Positions 30,591 to 40,928 of a stretch of 64,000 nucleotides of DNA are shown here, in pieces; position 1 is the first letter of the stretch; each line of letters opens with the position of its first letter. The stretch lies in NCBI GenBank assembly GCA_934101175.1, contig CAKOQC010000001.1, positions 276,882-340,881 on the forward strand. The letters run 5' to 3'. The position numbers and the translations under genes were made by a program. This DNA is from an uncultured Bacilli bacterium (GTDB lineage Bacteria > Bacillota_I > Bacilli_A > RF39 > UBA660). The notes beneath the pieces were generated by a model. That model worked only from the letters and a program-made list of their open reading frames with translations, did not search any database and had not been told where the DNA came from.

Positions 30591-32624
30591 TTAAGTTTTT
30601 CTTCTTAAGATTTTCATTGTATTAATTATTGTAAGTAAAGTAACTCCTGTATCAGCAAATACTGCTTGCCACATTGAAGCTATTCCTAAAGCACATAGTA
30701 TAAGTACTAATATTTTAACTCCTATTGCAAAAATTAAATTTTCTTTAATAACTTTCTTAGTATATTTAGATATATCAATACATTTAACTATACTATCTAA
30801 TTTATCATTCATAATAACGATATCTGAAGCTTCTATTGCCGCATCACTACCAATACCTCCTAAAGAGATACCTACTGTTGCTAATGATATAGCTGGTGCA
30901 TCATTAATTCCATCACCTACAAAAGCTATATCTTTATTATTCTTTAATTCTTCTTGTAATAATTTATATTTATCTTGTGGTAATAATTCATATAAAACAT
31001 CTTCTATTCCTACTTTAGAAGCTATATCTAATGCATAATTCTTACTATCACCTGTATACATCTTAGGAGTTATTCCTAATTCTTTTAGTCCTTTAATCAT
31101 TCCTTTAGCATCACTTCTAATACTATCTTTTAAAATTAATTTTGCTACATTCTCATTATCTATATTTAAATATATTGCTTCATCACTAACATCTGATTTA
31201 CAAAATGCTGCTGATCCTATTAAGATAGTTTTCTTATCTACTTTAAAACTAATTCCTTTTCCTGATATTTCTTTAAAATCTTTAACTGATAAAGTAGACT
31301 TCTTATTAAATATCTTTATAATAGATTTTGCTAATGGATGGTTAGAAAGACTTTCTCCTGCTACATAATAATTAATAATATCTTCATCTTGATATTTATT
31401 ATCTAATAAGATTAATTCATAATCTGTAAATTCTCCAGTTGAAATAGTACCAGTTTTATCAAATATTATCTCTTTAATATTACTAATTTCATCTAAGTAA
31501 TCACTTCCTTTAATAAGTATTCCTTCTTTAGAACATTTACCTATTCCTGAAAAATAACTTAAAGGTACTGAAATAGCTATTGCACATGGGCATGATATTA
31601 CTAAGAAAGTAAGTCCTCTATATAGTGCATCATTAAATGAGATATCTTGTGTAAGTAATAGGAAAATTACTGTAAGTACTGCTAATATTAATACTATTGG
31701 TGTATATATTTTAGCAGCTTTATTAACTGTTGTTTCTACTTTAGCTTTTCTATCAGTAGCATCATCTAATAAAGTAAGTATTTTAGCTACTGTACTATCT
31801 TCATATTTATTAGTAACTTCTAAATATATTAAATTAGAAGTATTAATAGTACCTGATATTACTTTATCTCCTACATCTACTTTTAATAGTTTACTCTCTC
31901 CTGTAATTGAAGCTGTATTTAGTTTTGTACTTCCCTTAGTAACTATTCCATCTAATGGTATTTTCTCACCTGGTTTTATCATAATAGTATCTCCTACTTT
32001 TACTTTTGAAGGTTCTACTACTAAAGTATCTTCTTCTGTCACTAAGTTAGCATATTCTGGTTTAATATTCATAAGTTCTTTAATAGATTTTCTTGAATTA
32101 TTAACAGCTATTCCTTCTAATACTTTTCCTATATCATATAGAATAATTACCATTAATCCTTCATGTATATTATTTGTAAAATATGCTCCAATACAAGATA
32201 TTGTAATTAATAAGTTCTCATCAATATTCTTCTTTATTAATAATTTAAATGCTTTAATAATAACTTTATATAATAATATAATATAAGAAGTTATTATTAA
32301 TATATCTCCAACTATTCCTTTAAAAGCATACATTCCTAATAAAGCTAATATTATTCCTAAAGTAAGTCTTAAAACTTCTAATTTAGTATTATTTTTCTTA
32401 TTATTATCATTACTTTCAAGTACTCTTACATCAGGTTCTATTTCTGCTACTATCTTCTCTACAAGTTCTTTAACTCCTTTATCTTTCTTTGTATATACTG
32501 TTACTGTTAATTTATTAAAGTTTACTATAGCTTTATCTATTTCTTCATTTTCATTTAATTTTCTTTCTATTTTATTAGCACAATTAGCACAATCTAATTC
32601 ATTTAATATATATTTATATTTCAT
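30591..32624 (-). CDS. cadA: Heavy-metal (Cd/Zn/Pb-type) translocating P1B-ATPase
   Basis: N-terminal HMA domain with CANC, then CPC in TM6, DKTGT and GDGINDAP. Confidence 0.85.
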   Translation of the reverse strand: MKYKYILNELDCANCANKIERKLNENEEIDKAIVNFNKLTVTVYTKKDKGVKELVEKIVAEIEPDVRVLESNDNNKKNNTKLEVLRLTLGIILALLGMYAFKGIVGDILIITSYIILLYKVIIKAFKLLIKKNIDENLLITISCIGAYFTNNIHEGLMVIILYDIGKVLEGIAVNNSRKSIKELMNIKPEYANLVTEEDTLVVEPSKVKVGDTIMIKPGEKIPLDGIVTKGSTKLNTASITGESKLLKVDVGDKVISGTINTSNLIYLEVTNKYEDSTVAKILTLLDDATDRKAKVETTVNKAAKIYTPIVLILAVLTVIFLLLTQDISFNDALYRGLTFLVISCPCAIAISVPLSYFSGIGKCSKEGILIKGSDYLDEISNIKEIIFDKTGTISTGEFTDYELILLDNKYQDEDIINYYVAGESLSNHPLAKSIIKIFNKKSTLSVKDFKEISGKGISFKVDKKTILIGSAAFCKSDVSDEAIYLNIDNENVAKLILKDSIRSDAKGMIKGLKELGITPKMYTGDSKNYALDIASKVGIEDVLYELLPQDKYKLLQEELKNNKDIAFVGDGINDAPAISLATVGISLGGIGSDAAIEASDIVIMNDKLDSIVKCIDISKYTKKVIKENLIFAIGVKILVLILCALGIASMWQAVFADTGVTLLTIINTMKILRRKT

Positions 32625-32907
32625 TTATATGTTCACACCCCATTTCAAATATTTTCTTTATATGTTCATCATCTAGTGAATAGTATATTGTATTACCTTC
32701 TTTATGATATTTAACTAATTTAGAAGCTTTAAGTATTCTTAATTGATGTGATACTGCTGATTGACTAGCACTAATTTGATTAGCTATATCTCCTACGCAT
32801 AGTTCTGCATCAATTAAAATGTTAATAATCTTTACTCTAGTTGAGTCTCCAAATATCTTAAATAATTCTGATAAATCTATAATTTTATCATCACTAAGTA
32901 ATTCCAT
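32614..32907 (-). CDS. cadC: ArsR/SmtB-family metalloregulator (CadC-like)
   Basis: 97 aa. The HTH segment ELCVGDIANQISASQSAVSHQLRILK is present. The gene overlaps the cadA start. Confidence 0.8.
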   Translation of the reverse strand: MELLSDDKIIDLSELFKIFGDSTRVKIINILIDAELCVGDIANQISASQSAVSHQLRILKASKLVKYHKEGNTIYYSLDDEHIKKIFEMGCEHINEI

Positions 32908-32941
32908 TTTTATCTCCTTTCTTTCTTTTTTTAGATATATC

Positions 32942-32963
32942 TATATGAATACTTGTTCATATA
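32942..32963. promoter_or_regulatory. Operator-like inverted repeat upstream of cadC-cadA
   Basis: tatatgaa-N6-ttcatata lies ~35 bp upstream of the cadC start. Confidence 0.4.
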
Positions 32964-33099
32964 CTAATATTATATTAATTATTATTATCCCTGTCAATCA
33001 AATTTATTCTTTTTTTATAAATTAGTATTCATATTCATTATCTATAAATAAATCTTACATATTATATAAATTAAAAACTATATATTTTAATATTATAGC

Positions 33100-33120
33100 T
33101 TGACACATTTTTGTGTCAAA
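33100..33120. promoter_or_regulatory. Perfect palindrome ttgacaca-ttttt-tgtgtcaa
   Basis: 8 bp arms. It contains a TTGACA hexamer and is followed by a T-rich stretch. It could be an operator or a terminator. Confidence 0.3.
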
Positions 33121-33339
33121 TTTATTTTTTTTAATAAGTTTGCTTCTAGTAAACATTTACTCTTAGTTATATTTTTTATCTATAAAGTTCACTCTCACTT
33201 TAACTTTTTTCGTGTTTTTACCCATTTTCTTTACATCTTGTTATTTTTTCCCATATTCCCACTTAAGAATTAACCTCTTGATAATTTTGACAAGATATAA
33301 ATTAATTGCTATTATGTCTTTTGGAAAGGAGGTGAAAAA

Positions 33340-34290
33340 ATGACAGAAACTCTAAAAGAAGGAGAACTTATTCCTCTTACTTTTGATATCATGTTCACAG
33401 AAATCTTTAATAATCCAGATAATATCTGTATCTTGGAAGAATTTATCTCTAATTATTTAGATATTCCCCTAAATCTTGTTATTGGTAATTTAAAAATCTT
33501 ATCTCGTAGACTTTCAAAAGAAGAACGTTATGATTCTAGAAAAGAAGTAGATCTATTGTTAAATTATCAAGGTAAAAAGATTAATATTGAAATGTCTAAT
33601 AGTGCTAGTGATGGTGTTATTAATCGTAATGTCGTTTATTTATGTAAAATACATGGAAGGCAGCTTAAAACTAATGATATTAACTATTCTAAGATTAATG
33701 ACACTATTCAAATTATGTTTAATAACTTTGATACTGATAATGATTTGAAGACTACTTGGTATTTACGTGATGATGCTGGAAATATTTTAACAAGTAAACT
33801 AAGAATCGACATTATTAATCTAGTCAAAGGAAAAGATTTATGTTATACTGGTAGTGAAAAAGTTGATTATCTCATTAACTGGTGTAAATTATTAACGACA
33901 AATAATAAAGATAATGTTAAAAACATTTCTTGCCAAATAATGAGCCATAAATCAACTAACACACTCATGAGTAATATGAGTATGTTAAGTGAGGAGAATG
34001 AAATGGTTAGATTATATACGAAATTAAGTCGTCGTGAAATGGAATATAACACTCTAATTGTAGAAGCTACCGAAAAAGGTCTCAAAGAAGGTCGTCAAAA
34101 AGGACTAGAACAAGGGATTAAAGAAGGACTAGAACAAGGCATTGAACAAGGCATTGAACAAGGCATTGAACAAGGTATCAAAGAAGAAAAAACAAACATT
34201 GCCAAAAAGATGATTAAAGAAAATATCGAAACAGAGACGATCTCTAAAATTACTGGTTTAACTAAAGAAGAAATAGCTAAGTTAAAATAA
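33340..34290 (+). CDS. Rpn-family recombination-promoting nuclease / putative transposase (PDDEXK_7, YhgA-like)
   Basis: 316 aa with a C-terminal tail of KEGLEQGIEQGIEQGIEQGIKE repeats, typical of this family. It has a strong RBS (GGAAAGGAGGTG). Confidence 0.55.
   Translation: MTETLKEGELIPLTFDIMFTEIFNNPDNICILEEFISNYLDIPLNLVIGNLKILSRRLSKEERYDSRKEVDLLLNYQGKKINIEMSNSASDGVINRNVVYLCKIHGRQLKTNDINYSKINDTIQIMFNNFDTDNDLKTTWYLRDDAGNILTSKLRIDIINLVKGKDLCYTGSEKVDYLINWCKLLTTNNKDNVKNISCQIMSHKSTNTLMSNMSMLSEENEMVRLYTKLSRREMEYNTLIVEATEKGLKEGRQKGLEQGIKEGLEQGIEQGIEQGIEQGIKEEKTNIAKKMIKENIETETISKITGLTKEEIAKLK
34080..34185 (+). repeat. In-frame 12 bp tandem repeats (ggcattgaacaa x3 plus diverged units) encoding EQGI
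   Basis: Located inside the rpn-like gene. They are coding repeats, not CRISPR. Confidence 0.7.
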
Positions 34291-34343
34291 CTTACTATTT
34301 CTTTTTCTTTATGAATAATAGAAAAAGAAGTATTTCCAACTTC

Positions 34344-35645
34344 TTATCCCTTAACAATCTTATCATTACCATACTTAACTGTATCCATATACTCCTGACA
34401 AGTACTCCTAAATAAACTAATATTCTTGTCTTTTTCCTGACCATCTTTAATTGTTTTATAAAACATTATCATATAAACATAATCTTCCCCATAAGACATA
34501 TATACTTCATAGTACTCATTCGTATATTCCTTAGAGTTCATCATATAATTAACCGTATCAATACCATCTATTTTTGTTTTTCTAATCTCTGATAAATTGT
34601 ATTTCTCTTTAATACTATCTAAGTATTCCGTAATACTAGTCCCTTCTTCATTATCTTCTGAATATTCACTTTGCTCTAACATAACTTCTTCTATCACACC
34701 ATATCCATAATCATAATAATATTTATAATTATCACCCGTATCACTAAGAGAAAAAGATTCTGGTAACGTTATATATATATCCTTATAATTATATATCTTT
34801 AAAGGTATCTCTTCATAATTATTCTTATTATCATTATAATCATTATCATCTTCCTCATAAGTTAAAGTAATAACAAAAATTATTAACCCAATTATTAGTA
34901 GTCCTATAACTATTCCCTTAAAGAAAGATACCATAGAAGATTTCTTATAATTATTTCTTCCTCTATCACTATCTACTAAAGCTTCTTTATCAAAATATGA
35001 CTTATTTCCTGTTAAAACCACTACTCCTTTTTTAACCATCTGATTAATTATTCCATTTTTATTTATTGCTTTGTTCATATCATTTATTACTAAAGAGATT
35101 GGAATAGCCCTATCTTTATCATATCCATCATACTTCTTATAAATATCTTCTACATACTTAACCTGCTTATCTATATCAAGTCCATCTATATAATCATCTT
35201 TATCTATTAAAGTATTATTCTTATCTTTACTATTCATATATACTTCTTTATTAATATTAGAAATTACTCCACTAATGCCTAATAAAGTAAATACTATTGA
35301 TATTACATAGTCCCAAATTATTGATTTAACAAAACTACTATCTTGATATATTTCTCTAAGCATTTCTAATTGAAAGCTATATCCTTCTTTAATGATTAAC
35401 CATATTGGTATAATTATAAATGTTGCTATTGTTATTGCTAATAATGATGAAATTGTTATAATTAATGGTGTCTTTTTATCTACTATTCCTCCAAATTTCT
35501 TATATAATAACAATGCTCCATAAGCAATAACCGAAGCCATAATAGCTACTATATAATTTCCATAAATATATATCATAACCCAAGGCAAACTAAATATTAT
35601 TGCTCCAATTATGGCTCCCAATATTCCTTTTATATTATTATTCAT
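34344..35645 (-). CDS. Membrane protein with a C-terminal extracytoplasmic domain
   Basis: 433 aa with an N-terminal multi-TM region. It is the last gene of the sigma/anti-sigma cluster. Confidence 0.3.
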   Translation of the reverse strand: MNNNIKGILGAIIGAIIFSLPWVMIYIYGNYIVAIMASVIAYGALLLYKKFGGIVDKKTPLIITISSLLAITIATFIIIPIWLIIKEGYSFQLEMLREIYQDSSFVKSIIWDYVISIVFTLLGISGVISNINKEVYMNSKDKNNTLIDKDDYIDGLDIDKQVKYVEDIYKKYDGYDKDRAIPISLVINDMNKAINKNGIINQMVKKGVVVLTGNKSYFDKEALVDSDRGRNNYKKSSMVSFFKGIVIGLLIIGLIIFVITLTYEEDDNDYNDNKNNYEEIPLKIYNYKDIYITLPESFSLSDTGDNYKYYYDYGYGVIEEVMLEQSEYSEDNEEGTSITEYLDSIKEKYNLSEIRKTKIDGIDTVNYMMNSKEYTNEYYEVYMSYGEDYVYMIMFYKTIKDGQEKDKNISLFRSTCQEYMDTVKYGNDKIVKG

Positions 35646-35706
35646 ACCCTACTCCTCACTCTTACTTTTACTAACTAATTGTATCAAAAAAAGATATTAT
35701 TGTAAA

Positions 35707-36414
35707 TTACTTAATAATATCTTTTATTATATTTATAAATTCTTCTTCTGATAAATTAACTGAACCAACATCAAAATAAATATTATCTCTATTAAAAAAT
35801 CCTACATATTCACTATCATATAAAGAAACAATATTATTTACTATAACTACTTCTTGATTATCAATAATACTCTTATCTCTATCAAGAATTTCTTCTTGAT
35901 TAATAATCTCTCTAGGCATCATTTTCATATTAAGAGACATAAATATATTTATTGATTTTTTATCTAAAGAATTAGTATATTCTAAAATATATCCTGATAA
36001 ATCATTATATGTATATTTAACTGCATAAGTAAGATTATAATCTTCTAATTCATTAATTTTCTTTATTCTATCTTTTCCATATTCTAATTTATCTATAACC
36101 TTCTTATCTATTATTTCATCTATATAAGTTATCTCACCAGCTATATCAGTTACTCCTCCAGCTATACTTCCATTACCACTACTTATTTTCTCTTTATTAA
36201 TAATTATCTTATCTATATTTTTATCTATATTATCATCCAATACTTCTTTATTAGAAAAACTTACTATTCCTACTACAACAATTATTAGTAGACAAGCAAA
36301 TGAAAATACATATCCATATCTCTTTCTTATCTTATTCTTATTAATAATATTTTGATATATTTTATCTTTATCTATCTTCTTATCAAACATTTCCTTAATT
36401 ATATTCTTATTCAT
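35707..36414 (-). CDS. Putative anti-sigma factor (single-pass membrane protein)
   Basis: 235 aa with one TM helix at ~residues 35-55. Its start overlaps the sigma gene stop. Confidence 0.3.
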   Translation of the reverse strand: MNKNIIKEMFDKKIDKDKIYQNIINKNKIRKRYGYVFSFACLLIIVVVGIVSFSNKEVLDDNIDKNIDKIIINKEKISSGNGSIAGGVTDIAGEITYIDEIIDKKVIDKLEYGKDRIKKINELEDYNLTYAVKYTYNDLSGYILEYTNSLDKKSINIFMSLNMKMMPREIINQEEILDRDKSIIDNQEVVIVNNIVSLYDSEYVGFFNRDNIYFDVGSVNLSEEEFINIIKDIIK

Positions 36415-36946
36415 TATTATTACCCCCTAAATAAATATTAAGTTCACTTAGTGTTCTATATAAATAATGTTTAACATTTACTTCACTAATATTAAGTATT
36501 ACTGCTATTTCTCTTATTTTATATCCCATATAATAGTATAAATAAAATATTTTACTAATTAGAATTGATTTTCTTTTTAAGTATTTCCATACTTTATCTA
36601 TATCACTACTAATTATAAAGCTATTTGATATATCTATATCACTAGGTATCTTATCATAAAAAGTAATATTATCATCATCTTCCTTATCTATTGATATTTC
36701 CTTCTTACGATATCTAAATCGATAGTAATCTTTAATTTTATGTTTAGCTATTCCCATTAAATAATTTTTATCTATTTCTTTCTTTTTCAAAGTTTTTAAT
36801 ACTTCTAGATAAATATTTTGTACTATATCACTAACGTCATCTATTTTCTTACAAGAACATACTACATATTTAACTATATCTTGATAAGTATCATTATATA
36901 TTTTATTAAATTTAACTATCGTATTATTTTCATTCACTTCATCCAC
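36407..36946 (-). CDS. Sigma-70-family (ECF-like) RNA polymerase sigma factor
   Basis: 179 aa with a region-2-like segment and a region-4 HTH (IREIAVILNISEVNVKHYLYRTLSEL). Confidence 0.55.
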   Translation of the reverse strand: MDEVNENNTIVKFNKIYNDTYQDIVKYVVCSCKKIDDVSDIVQNIYLEVLKTLKKKEIDKNYLMGIAKHKIKDYYRFRYRKKEISIDKEDDDNITFYDKIPSDIDISNSFIISSDIDKVWKYLKRKSILISKIFYLYYYMGYKIREIAVILNISEVNVKHYLYRTLSELNIYLGGNNNE

Positions 36947-37031
36947 CTCACTATATATATCGTTATTTTTATGTAATTAGTTCCATATAATAGAAAAAAA
37001 TACTGAAACTATGTCAATATTCTCATCTATC

Positions 37032-37898
37032 TTAATCTTTATTACTCTTCTTAGTCTTAATTGTCAAAGCTAATCTATAAGTCTTATCTTCATTTTTAGC
37101 AGGATATATCTTTCTATTTTTAATAATTTCTTGATACATTCTCTTAGTATTATCAGTCTTAAATTCACTTTTTTCATATACTTTTAAAAATTCATTTCCT
37201 TTATTAGTATCATTTTGTAAAAAGTATTGATAAGCACATAATAGTATCACTATACTACCTTCTTCTTCACTAAGTTCTAATTTAGAAATTGCACTCTCTA
37301 TATCCAAATTATTCTTATTCAAATAATCTATAATCTTTCTAAAATCTAATTTCTGATAATTACTTTCTACTACTCCTTGTAAAAAGTCTTCTTCTCTCAT
37401 TACAATATTTCTCTCATTCATACTTGTTTCAATACTTCTTACTAAATCTGTATAATCAAGTCTTGACCCTTCTAATCTACTAATACTAGTAGCTATAGTC
37501 AAATAATCCATTGCTATCTTTTTCTTTCCCTTTTTTAAATAAGCTAGTCCTATATGTGCATAAACAAATGCTCTAGGTTCTCTAAAGTATAAAAGTGGTA
37601 AATATTTATTAATACATTCGTCATAATCTCCGTTTTTATATGCTGCTGTTCCTTCATCTTTAAGCTTCTTAAAATGAACCATTCCTTTTACATAAGGACG
37701 ATATCTTAAAGCTACTTGTTTAGGTTCTACATCTCCTATATCATAAGAAGCTACATCTTTATATTCTTTTATAATTTGATGTATCACTTCTCTTTTCTCT
37801 TTATTCATCTTATCAAGTAAAACTACTCCTCTTTTAGTAACTTCTCTATATTTTTTACCAATATACTTTCTTTCTTCTAAATAACTATCTTGCTCCAT
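37032..37898 (-). CDS. TPR-repeat protein
   Basis: 288 aa with TPR-like helical repeats (AAYKNGDYDECINKY...AHIGLAYLKKGKKKIA). Confidence 0.35.
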   Translation of the reverse strand: MEQDSYLEERKYIGKKYREVTKRGVVLLDKMNKEKREVIHQIIKEYKDVASYDIGDVEPKQVALRYRPYVKGMVHFKKLKDEGTAAYKNGDYDECINKYLPLLYFREPRAFVYAHIGLAYLKKGKKKIAMDYLTIATSISRLEGSRLDYTDLVRSIETSMNERNIVMREEDFLQGVVESNYQKLDFRKIIDYLNKNNLDIESAISKLELSEEEGSIVILLCAYQYFLQNDTNKGNEFLKVYEKSEFKTDNTKRMYQEIIKNRKIYPAKNEDKTYRLALTIKTKKSNKD

Positions 37899-37996
37899 AA
37901 AAACCTCCCAAATTAATAATTTTACCTTATTATATCATATGAAGATAAAATTAAAAAGATTCTAATAAAAATATTAAAATCTTTCTATATTTAATA

Positions 37997-38075
37997 TGGC
38001 GTCCCCACCGAGACTCGAACTCGGCCAAAACCAGACTTAGGAGGTCTGTGCTCTATCCATCTGAGCTATGGAGAC
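37997..38075 (-). tRNA. tRNA-Arg (anticodon CCU)
   Basis: Hand-folded cloverleaf on the minus strand: acceptor GTCTCCA/TGGGGAC, D-arm GCTC/GAGC, anticodon stem CAGAC/GTCTG with loop CTCCTAA, T-arm CCGAG/CTCGG with TTCGAGT, discriminator G, and an encoded CCA. Confidence 0.75.
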
Positions 38076-38122
38076 AAGATAAATACATTTCTAATTATAG
38101 CACTTATCTTATATCTTGTAAA

Positions 38123-38641
38123 TTAATCTGTTATTATTTCATCCATTTTTATATCATACTCATTATTATTAATATTCTCTACTAAACACTCTTTATATCC
38201 AAGCCCTATCTTATACATATTATTCTTCTGATAAAATCTATCATAATAACCTTTCCCATATCCAATTCTATATCCTGATAAAGAATAACATATTAAAGGA
38301 GTAATAGCTACCGTCTTATTAAAATCTACTACCATGTCATTTCCCCTAGGTTCTAATATATTATAAGTACCCTCACATAAATCATTCATACTTCTAATAT
38401 AATAAAAATTAATAATATTTTCCTCTACTCTAGGCACCGCTACCCTCTTATTCATAAGAAAATAATTAATAAGTCTCCTAGTATCAATTTCTTCTTTCAT
38501 AGATACATATATTAATACCTGTTCACTATCAATTACTTGCTTATTATTAATAACTTTATTATATATAATATTATCTTTCTCACTCTTATTATTTATCATC
38601 TTTCTAACTAAAAGATATTTTTTTCTAATCTCATTTTTCAT
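38123..38641 (-). CDS. 5-formyltetrahydrofolate cyclo-ligase
   Basis: 172 aa with family motifs EIDT, NILEPRG, PLICYSLSGYRIGYGKGYYDR and MDEIITD. Confidence 0.7.
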   Translation of the reverse strand: MKNEIRKKYLLVRKMINNKSEKDNIIYNKVINNKQVIDSEQVLIYVSMKEEIDTRRLINYFLMNKRVAVPRVEENIINFYYIRSMNDLCEGTYNILEPRGNDMVVDFNKTVAITPLICYSLSGYRIGYGKGYYDRFYQKNNMYKIGLGYKECLVENINNNEYDIKMDEIITD

Positions 38642-38663
38642 AACAAAATTATATCAAAAAAAT

Positions 38664-39653
38664 CTAGAATATTCTAGATTTTTTTACCATTTCATCATTT
38701 CTAACTAACATTAATAATTTTCTTTTGCCATCATTATTTAAATTCTTAGCTACAATCTCTTTTTCTACTATCATGTCTTTCTCTTCAAAATTAAATAATC
38801 TACTTAATATTGAAAATAATCCCAAAGTCATATCTTTTATTTCTTTTTCATCTAATTTAATATTAGGAAATCTCTTTATCTTATTATTAATAATTAATCC
38901 CATTATATATAAAGATTGATATAATTCAAATTCATGTCCCTTTTCTAAATAATCATTAATTACTTCATAAGAGAAATCTCTATTAAAAGCATATTTAATT
39001 AATTTATAAATAACTATCTTATCTGAATGTAAATCTACACTACCAACATTATTTAATGTAAGTCCAAATGATACTAGTATTTGTTCATACTCATTTTCTA
39101 TATTAGGAGTAAATACTTTCATTAGTGAATAAGAAGTAAATCTTTTAGCTATTTCATATATAAGAGCTTCTTCTAATAATAACCATCCATTATTTACTAA
39201 TATACTAGCTTTAAGTCTATAACTTCCTATTACATTAGCATATATTTTACTAAACTTTAATGTCTCTTCTGATTTAAAATTTAATACTTTTGAAGATAAT
39301 GCTTCATATAAATAAAATCTTTGCATTTCTCTATCTTCTATACTACTATCTAGAAATATTCTATTACCAAAATCCATAAATGGTGGATACTTACTAGTAA
39401 CTTTCTCATTATTCACAAATATACTTTCTTTAAAAGAAATATACTGAAGTACTTCTAAAGAATTAACTACTTTATCAAAATCATAATTAAAATCTATTAC
39501 TGCCCTCAAATAATCTTCTATATAAGAAACAAATAATAAAGCATTTATACTCTGATTACCAAGTCTATTTAATTCCTTATCTGTGTTAAGATAAATTCTC
39601 TCTAAAAGTTTTTTAACTTCCGGGAACTCATCCCAGTCATATTTGTATTTCAT
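38664..39653 (-). CDS. Hypothetical protein
   Basis: 329 aa with no motif. Confidence 0.3.
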   Translation of the reverse strand: MKYKYDWDEFPEVKKLLERIYLNTDKELNRLGNQSINALLFVSYIEDYLRAVIDFNYDFDKVVNSLEVLQYISFKESIFVNNEKVTSKYPPFMDFGNRIFLDSSIEDREMQRFYLYEALSSKVLNFKSEETLKFSKIYANVIGSYRLKASILVNNGWLLLEEALIYEIAKRFTSYSLMKVFTPNIENEYEQILVSFGLTLNNVGSVDLHSDKIVIYKLIKYAFNRDFSYEVINDYLEKGHEFELYQSLYIMGLIINNKIKRFPNIKLDEKEIKDMTLGLFSILSRLFNFEEKDMIVEKEIVAKNLNNDGKRKLLMLVRNDEMVKKSRIF

Positions 39654-39668
39654 TTTTCTTTTTCTCTC

Positions 39669-40097
39669 CTATTTTTCTATCATATTTAATAGATTAATTT
39701 TAAATATATCTTTCTCAGCATGAGACTTAGATACCATTACTCCTTTATATGTAGTAAGTTCTTTTTGATGTCCTTCTGTTAGGATATCATCAGGTGTAAG
39801 CGTATCTAACATAATAATTTTTTGATCATGATATACTGCATAATGCAAGATTATATCTCCATGCACTTTATTAAACATACTATCAGTAGGTAATTTTAAT
39901 TCATAATTAGTAATATTCTTCTCTTTATTATGAGATACCATTACTCCTAGAAAATTACCATCTCTTAATGAAGGATAAAAATCAAATAATAATTTCTTAT
40001 AAGCTAACATATTATATTTTTTTACTGCTCTTTCTCTTTTTCTAAACTCATTTTCATTTAGATATTCTATTACATAATTATTATTCATTTTATCCAC
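39669..40097 (-). CDS. Hypothetical protein, paralog A2 of 5640..6164
   Basis: 142 aa. See paralog A1. Confidence 0.4.
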   Translation of the reverse strand: MDKMNNNYVIEYLNENEFRKRERAVKKYNMLAYKKLLFDFYPSLRDGNFLGVMVSHNKEKNITNYELKLPTDSMFNKVHGDIILHYAVYHDQKIIMLDTLTPDDILTEGHQKELTTYKGVMVSKSHAEKDIFKINLLNMIEK

Positions 40098-40134
40098 CCC
40101 TCTAATTATATTTTATATTTTAATTTTTATGCTT

Positions 40135-40800
40135 TTATTTTGTTTTTGTCTTTGTTTTAGCTTTATCTCCAATAAATTCTACTGGTAATTCTAAAGCGTT
40201 ATATATTTTTAATCTTTCACTCATAATTCTTAAATCATCTAAGCTAGCTTTATCCATAAAGTTAATATTGATTGCTTCAGGTACTAGTCCTTCTTCTTGT
40301 AAAGCTCTTTCCCCATCAAGAATTCTCTTTCCATCTTTAGATATATCTAAGATATTTGGATCATTCTCTATTGCTTTTGGAAATTCATCTATATGTTCTA
40401 AGAAGTCAGCATATGTTTCTATTTGTTCTTTATGGTTAGGTTTTACAAATAATTCATTAGCAGCAGCTCCTAAAGCACTAACTGCTGTTCCTCCTGCTAA
40501 ACATATTGCAAGTATTTCTTGTTGGTAGCTATAACTCAAGTAACCAAAGCTTGCTAATAATAATGCTGATAATATTAATTTAAATGTAGCTTTATTATTA
40601 ACTACTGTAGTCATATTAGCTATAACTTTTAAATATTGAGCAGTTAATCTCTCATATAATTTTTGTACCATTTCTTCATTTAATTGATAAGTATTAGTCT
40701 TATCTTTAAATGTTGGTATAATTTGTCCTTTATCTTTCTTACAATCAATACTAGTAATAAATACTTCTGGATATTTAAAATATTTTGAATAATCTTTCAT
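40135..40800 (-). CDS. Hypothetical membrane protein immediately downstream of the 872 aa mosaic protein
   Basis: 221 aa with one central TM/hydrophobic segment and a lysine-rich C-terminus. Confidence 0.3.
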   Translation of the reverse strand: MKDYSKYFKYPEVFITSIDCKKDKGQIIPTFKDKTNTYQLNEEMVQKLYERLTAQYLKVIANMTTVVNNKATFKLILSALLLASFGYLSYSYQQEILAICLAGGTAVSALGAAANELFVKPNHKEQIETYADFLEHIDEFPKAIENDPNILDISKDGKRILDGERALQEEGLVPEAININFMDKASLDDLRIMSERLKIYNALELPVEFIGDKAKTKTKTK

Positions 40801-40928
40801 AATATCTCTCCTTTCATAAGTCGGACATATATGATATCATACATCTGTTTATTTGTCAAGAAAAACCTATGAAATCATAGGTTTAGCGTCTTATAAATAT
40901 ATTAATATAGGTGCGTTATAAACATACA

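Noticed and set aside
34080-34185. CRISPR array suggested by the regular 12 bp repeats
   Set aside because: The repeats are in-frame coding repeats (EQGI) inside the rpn-like gene. They have no unique spacers and no cas genes.
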